Shown: in pieces, positions 26,109-39,917 of the stretch | Layout: every line of letters starts with the position of its first letter | Numbering within the stretch: position 1 is the stretch's first letter | Assembly: GCA_951406725.2 (NCBI GenBank) | Contig: OX597822.1 | Span: forward strand, 59,520,001-59,584,000 | From: Octopus vulgaris | Lineage: Eukaryota | Reading direction: 5' to 3' | Length of the DNA stretch: 64,000 bases | Made by a program: the position numbers and the translations under genes | The notes under the pieces: generated by a model | What the model saw: the letters and a program-made list of their open reading frames with translations, nothing else | Databases searched by the model: none | What the model was told of the DNA's origin: nothing

Positions 26109-26500
26109 ATAAGATTGCCCTGTTAAGCGAACTCTCCACCGGCCACCGTGTGAGAGGTGCTCCGAGGAAGCGCTACAAAGACTTCCACAAGAAGTCTCTA
26201 ACAACATGTCATATTGACCACCAATGCTGGTCAGACCTGGCTGCAGACCGTGATGTCTGGCGCCACACGATCTTCAACGCAGTCAGCGAGTTTGAGGAAC
26301 ACAGAAGAGATGCGCTTAAAGACAAGAGACATAGGAGTAAGGCGCGAGCCGCTTCTGACACCACACTGGATGTTACCTTCGTCTGTGGCCACTGCTCACG
26401 GACCTGCCTTTCCCATATCGGACTTGTCAGTCATGAGCGTGCATGCATCCGACGTAGACAGCCTTCTTGATCTTCGTTTGCGAAGCCGAGCCATGATGAT
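26109..26500 (+). mobile_element. 5'-truncated RTE-clade LINE 3' end with C-terminal zinc finger
   Basis: [55 protein letters not shown]; short 3' UTR and (ATG)n tail. Confidence 0.9.
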
Positions 26501-26523
26501 ATATATATATATATAGTCAATAA

Positions 26524-26587
<64 letters not shown>

Positions 26588-26592
26588 AATAA

Positions 26593-26632
<40 letters not shown>

Positions 26633-27399
26633 AATAAATATATATATACAATGGGTGTTTGCTTGCGTGTGTGCGTGTGTGTGATTGAGCTTGTGTGAGT
26701 GTATGAATTATTAACTTTGATAGCATCTATATTTTGTTCCTTTGATATATCCACCATATAGTTATTAATCAAAGTTTGTACCATTATATAGTTTAAATTG
26801 TTGCGTCTTGATCTTTGCATCTTTTATTCAGAGTATGTGTACGATTACATTGTACAAGCTGAGAAGTAGTGATAGACGGCATTATCTGTATAGTAATATG
26901 TGAACGTGTGTAGTTAAAGTTTACCATAGTTAAGGAACATAGCAGGAAACATAACCTAAATCTATAATACGCTTGAGTTGATGAATGATTGCTGATGTGA
27001 CGTGAAGCAGTTATACAGCAAACTTGTCACTGAAGAGGTTAAAAATAGCTAGCTTGTATCAAATAATAACGTTTAACATTATTGCAATGCTACTCTAATG
27101 GTCATGACTTGACGTTCAGTCTAGAAGCAAGCATATTCCGTCAGCGTAGCTTTACTTTCATTCTTTGCTTCATTGTAAAATGTGAAGCATCAAACGCTAA
27201 ATAGATAAAGCTATCCATTAAGTTGCACATGATGAAATATGATCCATAATTTTAACGACATAAAATGCTTAATCCTCATGTCTCAACTTTGAGCTTAAAG
27301 CGTTGAAATCCAGGAAATGGTGACCGACTGAGTCTTAATGTTTTGGAATTCAGCTTACGCTGAATTCAAGTTAATTCTTATAGATCATATATTTTGAAC

Positions 27400-28375
27400 T
27401 CTCTTCCAAATCGTTGTTACCCTCTTCTTATGGCCTTATCTCTTTCAAATGTAAAGTAAATTAATTCCTTTCGTCTTAATTTCTTCTTCACAAACCCTTC
27501 TCGTCTTGTTTGGGGCTCTCTAATAAAATAAAACAACAAAAACATGTCAAGTATTACTATGGAAGTGGAAAACAGGTGACTGTTCCAAGTTAGATGTGAC
27601 ATGATAGTGTAGGTTACGATTACTCTTAAGAGGAGAATGGGGCACAAGGTTGAAAGATGAAAGAGAGTCTCTTGGTTAGATTGGAAAAGAAATCGGAAAT
27701 TTTGAAAGATAGCGCTTGGGAATGGGAAGGTAGGCGAATAAACGTAGAGAGAAGGAAGGTGGTTTGAGAGTAGGCGATTACGACAGCAGATTAAAAGCAG
27801 CAGAAACGCAGAAATTATGAAAACAGATCGCTGATGAGGAGGATGGTAGAATAAGAAATCGATCGTAGTTCAAGTGGGATTTGCTGGCTTTGTAAAATAT
27901 AGGTGCGGGGATGTGAGGTGCTCAATGGAAACATAGATGTTCCAGCAGTTGATTTCAAAAACAGAAGATGTTAATTCAAAAGCAGGATAGAAGGAGTTAG
28001 CGAAGAATATGAATGAGGTGAAATGCTCACGGGCAATTGTGCTGTTGCTGATACAACCTATATAATGAACAAGTAACTTCAGAGTGGGGGCGATTAACAC
28101 GCTGTACATTTGATTATCTAGAAACAAATCGGTGTTGTTAACGTTGCTAAGTAACTTGTGGTAGACCAGAATGTTGTCAGATGCTAGAGTGCTTCGGCTC
28201 TGTATAGGCCAGGTCGCCTCGCCACAGCAGCACCCTCGTTGTCGGTCTATTTGATAAGGACGTTGCAGTAGCAGTGATGCTGGTAGAGTGCAACAGCCTC
28301 TAAGAGAAAGAGATATCAACCGCAAAAGGAGATCGAAGCGATGGAAAGCAACTGAGTTATTGTGAAACCGGTCTA
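27400..28375 (-). pseudogene. Decayed Penelope-like element RT fragment (copy 1)
   Basis: Minus LIK*TDNEGAAV (cf. IKPADKGGAVV), FTSFIFFANSFYPAFELTSS..YFTKPANP (cf. F..LN..HP.IKFT..YxKPT), FYHPPH. Confidence 0.65.
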
Positions 28376-28409
28376 CAGGGACAGAGTTGCTCTGGCAACT
28401 CTGAAGCTC

Positions 28410-30130
28410 CTTTTTTTCTACCTTTTTTCTACCTCACCCTAATAACTAACATGTGGCTATCAACACATACCGACGCATTTCTTCCTATCTTCTTTTTTTT
28501 TAACGACCACCAATGTCATCATTTGCATACCATGACCTCTCCCACCATGATCTCTGACAATTTTCTCACTAAAATCCATAAACCCACCAATTTCAACCGC
28601 TCATTATCCTCGCCTGTCAAATAACTCTTCCTTACTTTGATAATAGATTCCCCCATCTTATATCAATGATCCAAAAACGACCTTCAACTCTTCAGTTACT
28701 TTTCCCACTCCACCCCACCTAACTTTACTTCACCTTGGATGTTAGGTCCATCTATACAATCATCCCTTATGATATTGGTCTTCTAGCCCTTATATTCGTT
28801 CTGGGTTGTCACACAGCACTCGGATCCAACATCGCCTTGTCCAACTTGTTCTCATCTTCAAATGTTTTTTTTCTGCCGGTGAGTTATTCTAATTAGGGAT
28901 ATTAGGATGAACCCTTGCTACACCCCAACCCAGAGTTACACAATCGTTGTATCGACGACCGCATCAACAGCACCTCTCTTATCCATGCGTAACTAACTTG
29001 TTTAATCTTCATTAACTCTCTCTGTCTTTTTTTGGGGGGGAATATATTTCTTACATGCGTCCGTTTCTATTGAATACCGAAACATCCTCACATCTGTCTT
29101 ATATACTAACCCGCAAACATCCAATCATATTAAAACTTTTCCTTCTCTCACTCTGCTCACACTAAATAACTTACCACCTATTCACAATCACTCCATTCAC
29201 AATGCTCTTGCAATTAAGAGTCTAAATATGAGGCAAATCTCATCAAACACTCCACTTCTCTATTGTATGGCTATGCAGAAAACGTAGTCAATCAGTGAGT
29301 CCTAGCTACTGAGTGCACCTCAGTACGTCCATCCCAAAATCTGTATCCCTTTTCTTAACAACACTTTCTACCCACCACACAATCTTTCTAACGCACTATT
29401 CTCCACAGTTTCTGTCTTTTCAGCCTGGCCACTTCTCTTATCTCCACATACCTTCTATAGATATGATCGTAATCTACGTAATTTCCTGATAAGCAGTTTC
29501 TTCATGTCGTGCCAAATCCTGGGATGTCCGCCTGCTGCCGCTCCCGTTTTAATATCTGTCCTTCTTTTTAGAACAGCCCAACATTGCACTTTCCAAAATC
29601 CACCTTGAATGTCATGGAATGTTTCACATGTACTTTTAGTAATGATATTAATAGTTATTAAATGCTTTATTAAATTTTTTATTTCTCTGGAATCAATAAC
29701 CAATTATTTTTTCTATAATCTCTTTCGGTTTCCTTTTACGTATCTAATACATAAAGCACAGTTTCTGACACCGCTTGTTATTTTCATTCACACTTTACGT
29801 TGTGCCGAATAAACAATGACCAATACATAGACTAACTCTTCATTCCTTACTTTTCTTTCTCTTTCTTTTTTTTTTTCTTTTTTGCACATGACCGACATTT
29901 CGGCTCACCATCCCTCTTTATTCCCACCCACACGGAAAACACACACTCACCTATTCAATTGTTTCTGTCACTGAGTCTATAAATTTGTAAATAATAAAAC
30001 TTGGACTTACCGAACTTATTTTTCTTTAATTTTATCTCAGGCGCCTATTTTGAGAAAGTATCTATGCCCGAAACGTAGATATATTTTCCTTTTCCATACA
30101 GTAATTTCGTAATTTTTATAAATGTTTTAT
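28410..30130 (+). pseudogene. Decayed Penelope-like element (RT motifs, possible GIY-YIG remnant, 3' terminal repeat)
   Basis: FTLDVRSIYTIIPYDIGL at ~28729 (DVxSLYTNIP motif), NRCIDD at ~28942 (RYIDD), YTNP and TYSQ remnants; decayed hammerhead-like motif at 30046-30081. Confidence 0.75.
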
Positions 30131-31149
30131 TTCCATTTAATTGGCTAAAATAGTTTTATTTCAATATAGAATTGAAAGCATGAGACATGTCTCTCACCTT
30201 TTTGATTAAGCATTTCAGTACTCCTCAGCTTATCACATTTCTGCATAGTATTTAAAAAAAATCTTTGAAAAATTTTATCTGGAATTTAACGATAATCAGT
30301 TTGAGTGCAGCAGAAATGGAAGAAAATCATTATCAGAACTACGATCGCGTGTTTGAATTTATGTGGAACGATGAAAATTATGTTAAGGTCAAATGGAACG
30401 GACATCTGTTATAAATGTGAGAAAACGAGGGAAAAAAGTTAATTCTATAGACGTTCATTAATCCTACCATTTCCACTTTCCGTGAAAGACTTCGTTATTT
30501 ATAAGAATATTATTAGTTTTTCTGCTTTAGAAGTCAGAACATTAGTTGCGGGTACATGCACAAGCGAAAATATATCAGACCCCTTTGAAAAACATCTGTC
30601 ATTTCCTCTCACTTTAAGATCCTTAAGAAATCCGACAAAAATGATATTTGATCACATAGCAAGTTTAAAGAAAAAAATCTTAATATAGCAGCAGGGCATT
30701 TTCTATTTAAATTTATATTATGAGTATTCCTTGCTGCTGAAATCTTGGTGTAGTTCTTGAATTCATAACTTATTATTCTTGTTCTGAACATGGGTTTTAT
30801 AATATGGGCAGAATTTGAGTCAATTTCTTTATGTATTTTTTTCTCTCAACTAGTAAAAGCTGAACAATTTATCATCAGCAGAAATAAAATATATTTTCCT
30901 GATGCAACTCATAATACACAAAGATGTTAACATGCACACTCAGTATTTCAGGTTATATGTTTCATTTGTAATAATTTCAATCAGTTGATTTTATGACTAA
31001 TAGATTCACGACTTGTGAACAGAAAAGGGCTCAATCTGCTAGTATCACAGTGTGCCCAATATCAAAAGGAGCACAAGTAACAACATGCCGTAAACAACCA
31101 TATACAAGTCATAAGAAATGACACCAAATTATATACAATAAATGAACCC

Positions 31150-31500
31150 ATCACTCACTTCCTCCTTAGCAATCATAGAGCCAAATCTATTGGAGACTTG
31201 CTCTCTCGCATCTTACAGCGTGGCTACTCACTGTTAAAAACTTCGTCGAAAGCAATATTGTAAACCAACAGTCTTTGAAAGTCTCTAAAATGGAAACCTT
31301 GTCTGGCTATGAACTCATCATTTTCTCAAAACTTTTCCTCAGATTGTAGTATTGAAACATGGACTAGTAGCCTTTTCTCTGACCCATACACTTCGACTTT
31401 GTTGTACTTTAAATGACACTGACTATACATATCAAGGAAAGACACTTGGAATGACTCACTAAAAGCTTGATGAACATACTCGTGAATACTTTAAAGTCGC
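31150..31500 (-). pseudogene. Possible decayed piggyBac-type transposase fragment
   Basis: Minus VYNIAFDEVFNSE resembles the DNFFTS catalytic motif; otherwise heavily eroded. Confidence 0.3.
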
Positions 31501-33396
31501 TGATAATTTCCCTTTGCAGCATTACATACAACATTTTATTACCGCATCCTACCAAAATAGGCGTTCAGAGCAAGACAGGATTGGACTTTTGTTAGTTGGT
31601 AACCTTTTACAAATTGTGCCTCTCATTAGAGTGCATTGCTAAAATAACTATGCTGGTATTATTGGTGTGCACTAAGAATTACGAAAATAGATCCAATTTA
31701 CCTCCCCAGTTACATTATCACCCTCAAAACGGGAATCTCGAGGATTTACCAGCAGCTATTTGCAAATGTTCATGCGTCATTGAGTCTGGTCATTGTCAGT
31801 TCTCAACAACTTCTATTCATAAGGCCAAGCTTATAGAGGTGTCGATTGATGATACTGTTTGAAAGATCAAGTTCTGCCGATAATGTATGAGTGCTTGTGC
31901 TTGGCTATTTAAAGTAAGGCCTCATCATCTCCAACAGAAGGTCTGCCTTAACTTGATTTGTCTTGTGACGCACGTTCGTTGACACTTCCTGAGCCGTCCA
32001 AATCATTATTTTCTTTTGCTGCAGTCCTTGTACTCAGTTCTTTTTTTCCATAAGTTGCGTAAAATAACATTTATTTTTTTTTCACCACTTGTTATCAATG
32101 TTGTAAAATTAAAAATAAACAATCAATGTTTATATGTTATATATGAAAATAAATAATAAACAATTCAGCAACGATTGGAAAACAAGCTGTATCAAATTAA
32201 AAACATAACATGGTGATACAAGTTGCCAAAAATCATCAGTAAAAATCCGAGAAAACTTTTGATTCAACCTGGTATTTGCCAAGCTCCATTTACAGATTCA
32301 GAAAATTAGATAGAATGAGAAGTAAATTATGATAACGGTTATTGGATTTGTCTTGAAGTATATTAGATGTCGCGCCATAAAATTATTTTCCTTTGCAACA
32401 ATTAGCATAAAGCATATTTTGAGCTCCTCCCAGTACAACAGGGTTGTTTATATACATTTTTCAGCTAATGAATCGTGTATGGACTGAGAAAGTTTTAGTG
32501 GCATGTATTTTTATTATTAGTTACTGAACAAATAAACTGAATAAATATTCTTATAATCATCTGGATGATGAGCACTAAAACTAAACTAATTTTCAATTCC
32601 TGATAATAGAATGTTAAAACAAGCAAGCATTTAGGTAGCATAAAGACAGATATTAGCATATATTTTACAAATGTAATATTTGGTTTGGCGAAAACAACGA
32701 ATTTTGTTGCCTACAATGTTTATTCCGTCCATGAAATTTTTTATATCATTGTTGCACGTCGCTAAAATAAATCAGTAATATTGTAAAACTTTCACTAGTT
32801 ATTGTTGCTAGAGAAGGAATTATTTCTAAAATGGAAGTTTGCATTCTTTGTGCATATGGAAGAAGTACCCCATTTAAAAGCACATCAGTTTTATGATGCT
32901 CATGAGTTGATTCTTCAATTAAAGAAAATGGATTTTGGTTCCTTCCGTAAATCCAGAGCCATAATAATTTTGATTAAGTTAGTGCATTTTGCTCAATGCA
33001 TCTTAACCCTTTCAAGTACACTCCTGTTACTGCAACTAATTAGATCAAATTAGTTATTTCTCGATCGAAAACAGCAGTGGCAAGTTGTTTTTACACAAGA
33101 TTTAATGTTAAATGTTTTCATTTCCGTATTTCAAATACTATTCCTCGTATATATGTTTGAAATTGGATTTGTGTTCGCACAGCTATTAACATTCTTTTCT
33201 TTCTATATTTTACAGTTTGTTCAAGATCATTTACAATGGATTTATGCATGTTTGTTAGTAAACAGTTACATTTACATTTTTCATTATTATTCTTCCACAG
33301 AAAATACATGAACTGGCTCTCCAAACCTTATCATTATTCCATCATTTTCCCATGATAAGTAACTGTTAAAATAAAATCGGGTAAGCAATTAACAGT

Positions 33397-33690
33397 GGAG
33401 ACGCAATGGCCCAGTGGTTGGGGCAGCGGACTCGCGGTCGGAGGATCGCGGTTTCGATTCCCAGACCGGGCGTTGTGTGTGTTTATTGAGCGAAAACACC
33501 GGCAACAGGGTGGTGGCAACCCTTTTGTACTCTTTCGCCCCATCTTCCTCTCACTCTTTCTTCCTGTTTCTTGAGTAACGCTGCGACGGACTGGCGTCCT
33601 GTGCAGCTGGCGGAGGAACACATACGCCACAGAAACCGGGAAACGGGGCCCATGAGCCTGGCTAGGCTTGAAAAGGGCGAGAAAAAAAAG
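33397..33690 (+). mobile_element. SINE family C, tail variant 2
   Basis: GGAGACGCAATGGCCCAGTGGTT..GGTTTCGATTCCC head; CTGCGACGGACTGGCGTCCTGT body; A-rich end. Confidence 0.85.
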
Positions 33691-35041
33691 CAACCGACAA
33701 TAGGAGAACACCGCTATTAGTATAGCAAGAGATTTATTATTTTACCCAATTAAAGCACAGAATTCATTGTACAACACTAGATGGGACATCTTTCAAATTC
33801 AGATAAATAAAATTTGCAGAATAAAGAACTCTTTTCAGTTTCTTAAATCAGCTTTGGCCACAAATTAAAAATGTCAGCATCAGTCTAATGTTAAAGGTAT
33901 AAAACCAAAGTTAGACTAAGAAAAAGTGTTTTAAATATAACTTCCCGTTCAGATGCATAGGATGTTAGCTTCAATTTTGTAAGAAATAATATTCCTCTAT
34001 CTGTATATTAATAATAAAACAAAAATACTTTAATTTGATGAGAAAAAATAAAGCGTCCTAAGTGAGATTATGACCACAATTCTGTATATTTTCATACATA
34101 AAAACTGCTATACTCATAGACCTACATGTTTGTAAAATAATGGAAAAGAATCATGAGCTTTTTTCTAGAAAGAGTATATAAAATTGTGATGCACCTCTTC
34201 TTAGTTGTCAGCGCTCCGGACTGTCATACCGTTTGAAACTTCTTATTGGCTCCGTTTGTATCTTTGAACCCACGATGCGCTGTATCGATAGCTCAAGCTC
34301 TGGACTCTCATGGGCTTATCTGCAAATGTAAATATTGACAAGGTTAATCACATGACCATAGGTGTCTGGATCACTCACCTGTTTAAAAGTTATCATTTAT
34401 CTTACAGTGCCAAGTTCAACCCTTCGAAGGGGCTTAAAACCGTTAACAGGACGTCACTGTAATACGAACAATGAGATTGAAAATTTTTATGGTTTGTATA
34501 AGCTGTTTCACTGAATACAGTTTTAGCTCTGTTTGCATGCTGTTAACAACTAGTAGACTCTATGTTCATATAATCACATCAAAGTGGTTAACTTAACTAC
34601 AAACGATTCTATAATGCTACAACGGTGTCAGTAGATGCAATGGTTTTACCACTTGCTGGGTAAATATTGTATATGAAAGTGCTTTTGTCAATAGCTTATT
34701 TTAAAGTTTCCAACAGTTCTTAGCTGTATTAATAGTATCCACTCACCGTAGTTTATATTGTATAGCCTACTTTACAGATGTCACTACAAATTATGTAATA
34801 AACGTTCAACATTTCATTATGATGACCTCTTCACGGTGGAGTATTGACGTGTTTAACATCGAGGGTGTGTCATCTCTTTAGCTCAGCTGTTGAATCTGCT
34901 CAGTCCATCATATATAGATAATAAAAATGCCGAACAGCTGTGTATACACACATGTATCTACTTAGATATAACTGTGCGTACATCTTTGAAAAAACAATGA
35001 ATGATAGTGTACGTATATTAAACCAATGTTATACATATACA

Positions 35042-35077
<36 letters not shown>

Positions 35078-35379
35078 TACTTGACACAAGCACGCGCACA
35101 CACACACATGCGCGCACACACAGACATGCACACACAGTCACATATGGAAAGAAGACCACCAACACTATGTTCCCGAGAAAGATAGTTTTATTATATTATA
35201 TCGCATATTTCAACAGTTAATAATATCTTCATAACTAAAAGTGAAGATGAGTCAAGGGAGTATTAGTCAAGTATTAAGAGAGTCAGTGGTTCATACTCCG
35301 CCACATGTTCTACACTGTGCATGTATAAAAGACTAAATATCTGAAGGTTTCTGGTTATAATTAGGTACCTCATAGTAAT

Positions 35380-36500
35380 ATATCATGTCATTAAGAATGA
35401 AATGTCCGATTTTCTTATGTACCAAGTTTGACAGTCGTTAACTCTAATGTTTTATCCTAAGAATTCTTTGTTTTACAACATTGATGAGTTACATCATCAC
35501 TTTTCGAAATACAATTCATGGTGACTGATTATATTGTGAGTTTACTCTGGTAAATCAATTTTTGTGAACCCATCGATAAATCAAAAATTCGCCTTGTTTA
35601 TCAATACGAGTTCCGTCGTGGATTTAATGCATCCCAGACAGCTCGGAACATCAATGAGATGTTTGGTGAAGATGTACTGCACGGTGATGGCTGGAGAAAT
35701 TACGGTCTGGTGACTTGGCTCTTGAAGATCAGCCCCGTGGTAGACCTGAGACCAAGGTGGATAATGATGAGATGGAAACTGTAGTGGAAGCGGATACATC
35801 TCAAACTATCTTTAAGTTAGCAGCAAGGTTTGATGTTTCGATTCCAACTGTATTGGACAATGTAAAATAAATCTGCAAGTTAAAGAAGCTGAACAAGTGG
35901 ATACAAAAACGAACTGAACGAGCATCAAATGACACGTCGTCTTGAAACTTGCTGTTCTTTGCTGTCACGGCATAAAAGCGAACCATTTTTTGCATCGTAT
36001 TGTCACGTTTGATGAAAAATAGATTCTTTTCAACAATGGCAAGGTTCTGTGCGGTGGTTGGATAAGCGTTCTGCACGGTGGTTGCCAGAGCACAATTTAT
36101 AAAAGAATATACACCAAAATAAAAATCTAATGGTTCTGTTTGGTGGTCCAGCGCTGGTGTCATCCACTACAACTTCATGAGACCCGGTAAGTCAATTACA
36201 GCGGATGTGTACACCAACCAACTGATTGAAATGATGAGTGACTTTGCAATTAAACAACCGAGATTAGTCAGTAGAGACAGGCCAATTCTCTTGCAAGACA
36301 ATATTCGACCACGTATTGCACAAAGAACGCTACTCAAATTGCAGGAACTGAACTTAGAAGTACTCTATCATCCACCATATTCAGCAGATCTTGCACCAAC
36401 TATCACGTTTTCCTGGCATTAGAGAGCTTATTGAAAGGGAAAAAAACTTCAAATCTGAAGAAGATGCAAAAAAGAAACTCCAACCAAATTTAACTTTAGC
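35380..36500 (+). mobile_element. Decayed mariner (DD34D) transposase
   Basis: HRIVTFDEK*I, MVLFGG/VWW, PGKSITADVYTNQL, ILLQDNIRP, HPPYSADLAPT; stops and frameshifts. Confidence 0.9.
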
Positions 36501-37065
36501 CATTCATCCAGTCAACCAAGAGCGACTAATTTACTTGATAAAAATGAAATACAAAGACTACAATACTAATTCCATATTTTATGTCCCTATATAATTGCAA
36601 CAATCAGTATATCTGTCACGTCAATGGTATTTTTCTCTCTAAAACATTAATTTAATGGACTAAACTTATTGCGAAGAACAGTGAGCCAAAAGCTATAGAG
36701 GGCTTTACGACGTGACTCTTACAACTAATGTATGTATCACAGCACTCAGAAAGACACCTCGCCACTTCACTATCATAATATATCTAGAATGTAAAGAATT
36801 ATTATATTCACAATCATAAAATCGATTGGACCACTATTGAAAACTACAAAGTAAGTCTCTGAATGGATAGCTTTAGAAGGCTGGAAATTTTATCTCTTCA
36901 AGAAGTATACACCATCTCATTACAAACTTTTGTAATTTTGAGCAAAAGGTCAGAATTGGAATATTGTTGCAGACAGTGCCACTGCTATTTATGGTGATAT
37001 TTCCAACGACCACTTGGCTAAAGCATTATTTCTTGCAAAAGAGATTTTTGATACCCCGAAAGATG

Positions 37066-37279
37066 GTTACTCCTTTACTCTTTTACTTGTTTCAACCATT
37101 TGACTGCGGCCATGCTGGAGCACCTTCTTTTTAGTCGAGCAAATCGACGCCAGGACTTATTCTTTGTAAGCCTTGTACTTATTCTATCGGCATCTTTTGC
37201 CGAACCGTTAAGTTACGGGGATGTAAACACATTAGCATCGGTTGTTAAGCAATGTTGGGGGACAAACACAGACACACAA

Positions 37280-37345
<66 letters not shown>

Positions 37346-37396
37346 ATATATACGACGGGCTTCTTTCAGTTTTCGTCTACCAAATCCACTCACAAG
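37066..37396 (-). mobile_element. SINE family A lacking its head
   Basis: Reverse complement of the family A body up to CCACTCACAAGG. Confidence 0.85.
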
Positions 37397-37795
37397 GCAG
37401 GAGTGGCTGTGTGGTAAGTAGCTTGTCTACCAGCCACATGGTTCCAGGTTCAGTCCCACTGCGTGGCACCTTGGGCATGTGTCTTCTACTATAGCCTCGG
37501 GCCGGCCAAAGCCTTGTGAGTGGACAGAAACTGAAAGAAGCTCGTCGTATATATGTGTATATATATGTATGTATGTGTATATGTTTGTGTGTCTGTGTTT
37601 GTCCCCCAACATCGCTTGACAACCGATGGTGGTGTGTTTACGTCCCCGTAACTTAGCGGTTCGGCAAAAGATACCGATATAATAAGTACTAGGCTTACAA
37701 AGAATAAGTCCAGGGGTCGATTTGCTCGACTCAAGGCGGTGCTCAGGCATGGCCACAGTCAAATGACTGAAACAAGTAAAAGGGAAAAGAGAGTA
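37395..37795 (+). mobile_element. SINE family A, near full length
   Basis: Collinear with 4437-4887; directly abuts the inverted copy. Confidence 0.88.
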
Positions 37796-37809
37796 AATAA
37801 ATTGTCTAA

Positions 37810-38140
37810 AGTCGTAAGACGCCCGCTGTTTTTATCCTGCTTACCATTCTTGTTTTTTATTTCTATTTTTTTGTTTCTTGTATTTATATTCGTGTGGCAT
37901 CCTGTCTCTGTTTCGTATACATTCGATCCTCTTTCCAAGAAATCTAATGCCTGTGGCTTAGTTCTTCCTTGGGGCTGGCCGGTTCGGAGTGATATCGAGA
38001 TTAAACAGCCGAAATTGCTAAGATGATCCGGTTCCGACTGAAGATTAAAGGCTTCGAGTGACCCGTCTGTTTTTTTTGTGTCGTCTCTTTGTGTGTTTTT
38101 GCGTTCTTGTCCCACTTTGTAATTTATATTTTATATTTAA
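37810..38140 (+). repeat. Pyrimidine-rich interspersed repeat (PLE terminal-repeat-like)
   Basis: Similar to 7560-7810; contains CTGAAGA at 38038; followed by (TA)n. Confidence 0.45.
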
Positions 38141-38167
38141 TTTCTATATATATATACATATATACAT

Positions 38168-38243
<76 letters not shown>

Positions 38244-38772
38244 GCGCATACATATATACATACATATATGTCGAGACACACACGCACGCGCGCACACACA
38301 CACAAACATATATATTATCCACGTGTCTCTGTATGGACGTCTATATATACCTATCCAAATGTATGTGGGGTGGGTAGAAATGAAGAACATCGGAGCCACA
38401 GACAATGAAACATGATATTTCCTATCTTGGTTTGGTTGCTGGAATGGAGTCAACTTGGAGTATAATGTGTGTTTAGTTTTAGAGATGATGATCAGCTGCA
38501 TCAAGCTGCCTTTTACATCTTCGACGATGGTGGCTATACGCTGGATAAAAAAAAACAAAGTCTAAGGTGAGTGTGACTGTAGAACAGATGCAACACAAAT
38601 ACGAATCTGGTGTACATGTGTGTGTGTGTGAGTGCGTGTATGTGTGTGCCTGTGTATACCTGTGTGATTGTGTCTACGTAAGTGAGTGTGTGTTTCCATG
38701 TAAAAGCGTATGTGCGCATGTGTATATATGTGTGTGTGTGTGAGAGAGACAGAGGGTGAGAAAGAGAGGGGA

Positions 38773-38811
<39 letters not shown>

Positions 38812-39183
38812 AGGAGAGACGAGAGAGAGATCCGGCAGTGGGTGGGTCATTGTGGAAGTGCAGCACAGTAGGTTTAGTGCATTAGTATAAGTCTTAGTGC
38901 AGGAATCCCTTAATAGATTGCTTGATTACCTCTAAATATTTAAGCATGGATGAGTCATTCTTGCATAAATTATTGCAGAGAAGTGTAGTTAAATGGCCTG
39001 CCACTGGGAACCGAACATGTGTGTCACACAAAAATCTTCTGGAACCTAGTATCATTCTACATTACTTTACAACATTTCTTTTCAATATAGTAAATATATT
39101 GAAGTCCGGTTAAACTTTTCGTTGATATAACGTCATAAAATAATCGAAAAGTTTGGCCTAGAATTTATTGTATTCGGTCCTCT

Positions 39184-39845
39184 AAGGTGGCATGAATAGC
39201 AGAATTTTTGATTGCGTTCTGATTTCAAATGATGCTGAGGTCGATTTTGCCTTCCATCCTTTCGGATTCAGTAAAATAAAAGCAGTTCAGTTCCGAGGTC
39301 GAAAATATTGACAAGCCCCGAGGCCGACTTTGCCTTTCATCCTTTCGGGGTCGATTAAATAAGTACCATTTACGCACTGGGGTCGATATAGTCGACTTAA
39401 TCCGTTTGTCTGTCCTTGTTTGTCCTTTCTGTGTTTAGCCCCTTGTAAAGAAATAGGTATTTAGTTCGTTGCTTCGTTCTGAGTTCAAATTCCGCCGAGT
39501 TCGGCTTTGCCTTTCATCCTTTATGAGGTTGATAAAATAAGTACCAGTTTAGTACTGGGTTCAATGTTATTGACTATCCTCCTCACCAAAATTTCAGGCC
39601 TTGTGCCTATATTAGAAAGGATTATTAATGTCGTTGCGCTGGAAGAATCATTACCGCATGTGACAAGACGCTTATCTGCATTTCTTCTGGACTTCAATGT
39701 TCTGACATCACATTCGGTCAAGGTCGACTTTACCTTTCATCCTTTCAGGGCCGATAAAATGAGTACTAGTCAAACACTGGTGTCCATGTATTCGACTAAC
39801 AAAATTGCTGGCCTTGTGTCAAAATTTGAAATTATTATTATTAAT
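39184..39845 (+). mobile_element. Head-to-tail array of ~4 partial SINE B copies
   Basis: GACTTTGCCTTTCATCCTTT recurs at ~39245, 39325, 39505 and 39725. Confidence 0.8.
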
Positions 39846-39917
39846 TGTTGTTACTAGTATTTTTCCTTTTGCAAATTTTCACGCAACATTATAATAGTTA
39901 AAATTGTTTTAAAACAA

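Noticed and set aside
26514-26648. Three AGTCAATAAATA units separated by (TA)n
   Set aside because: Explained by slippage duplication within a microsatellite.
27826-27870. CTGATGA..GAAATCGATC on the plus strand
   Set aside because: No stem II; it is the antisense of the PLE HPPH coding motif.
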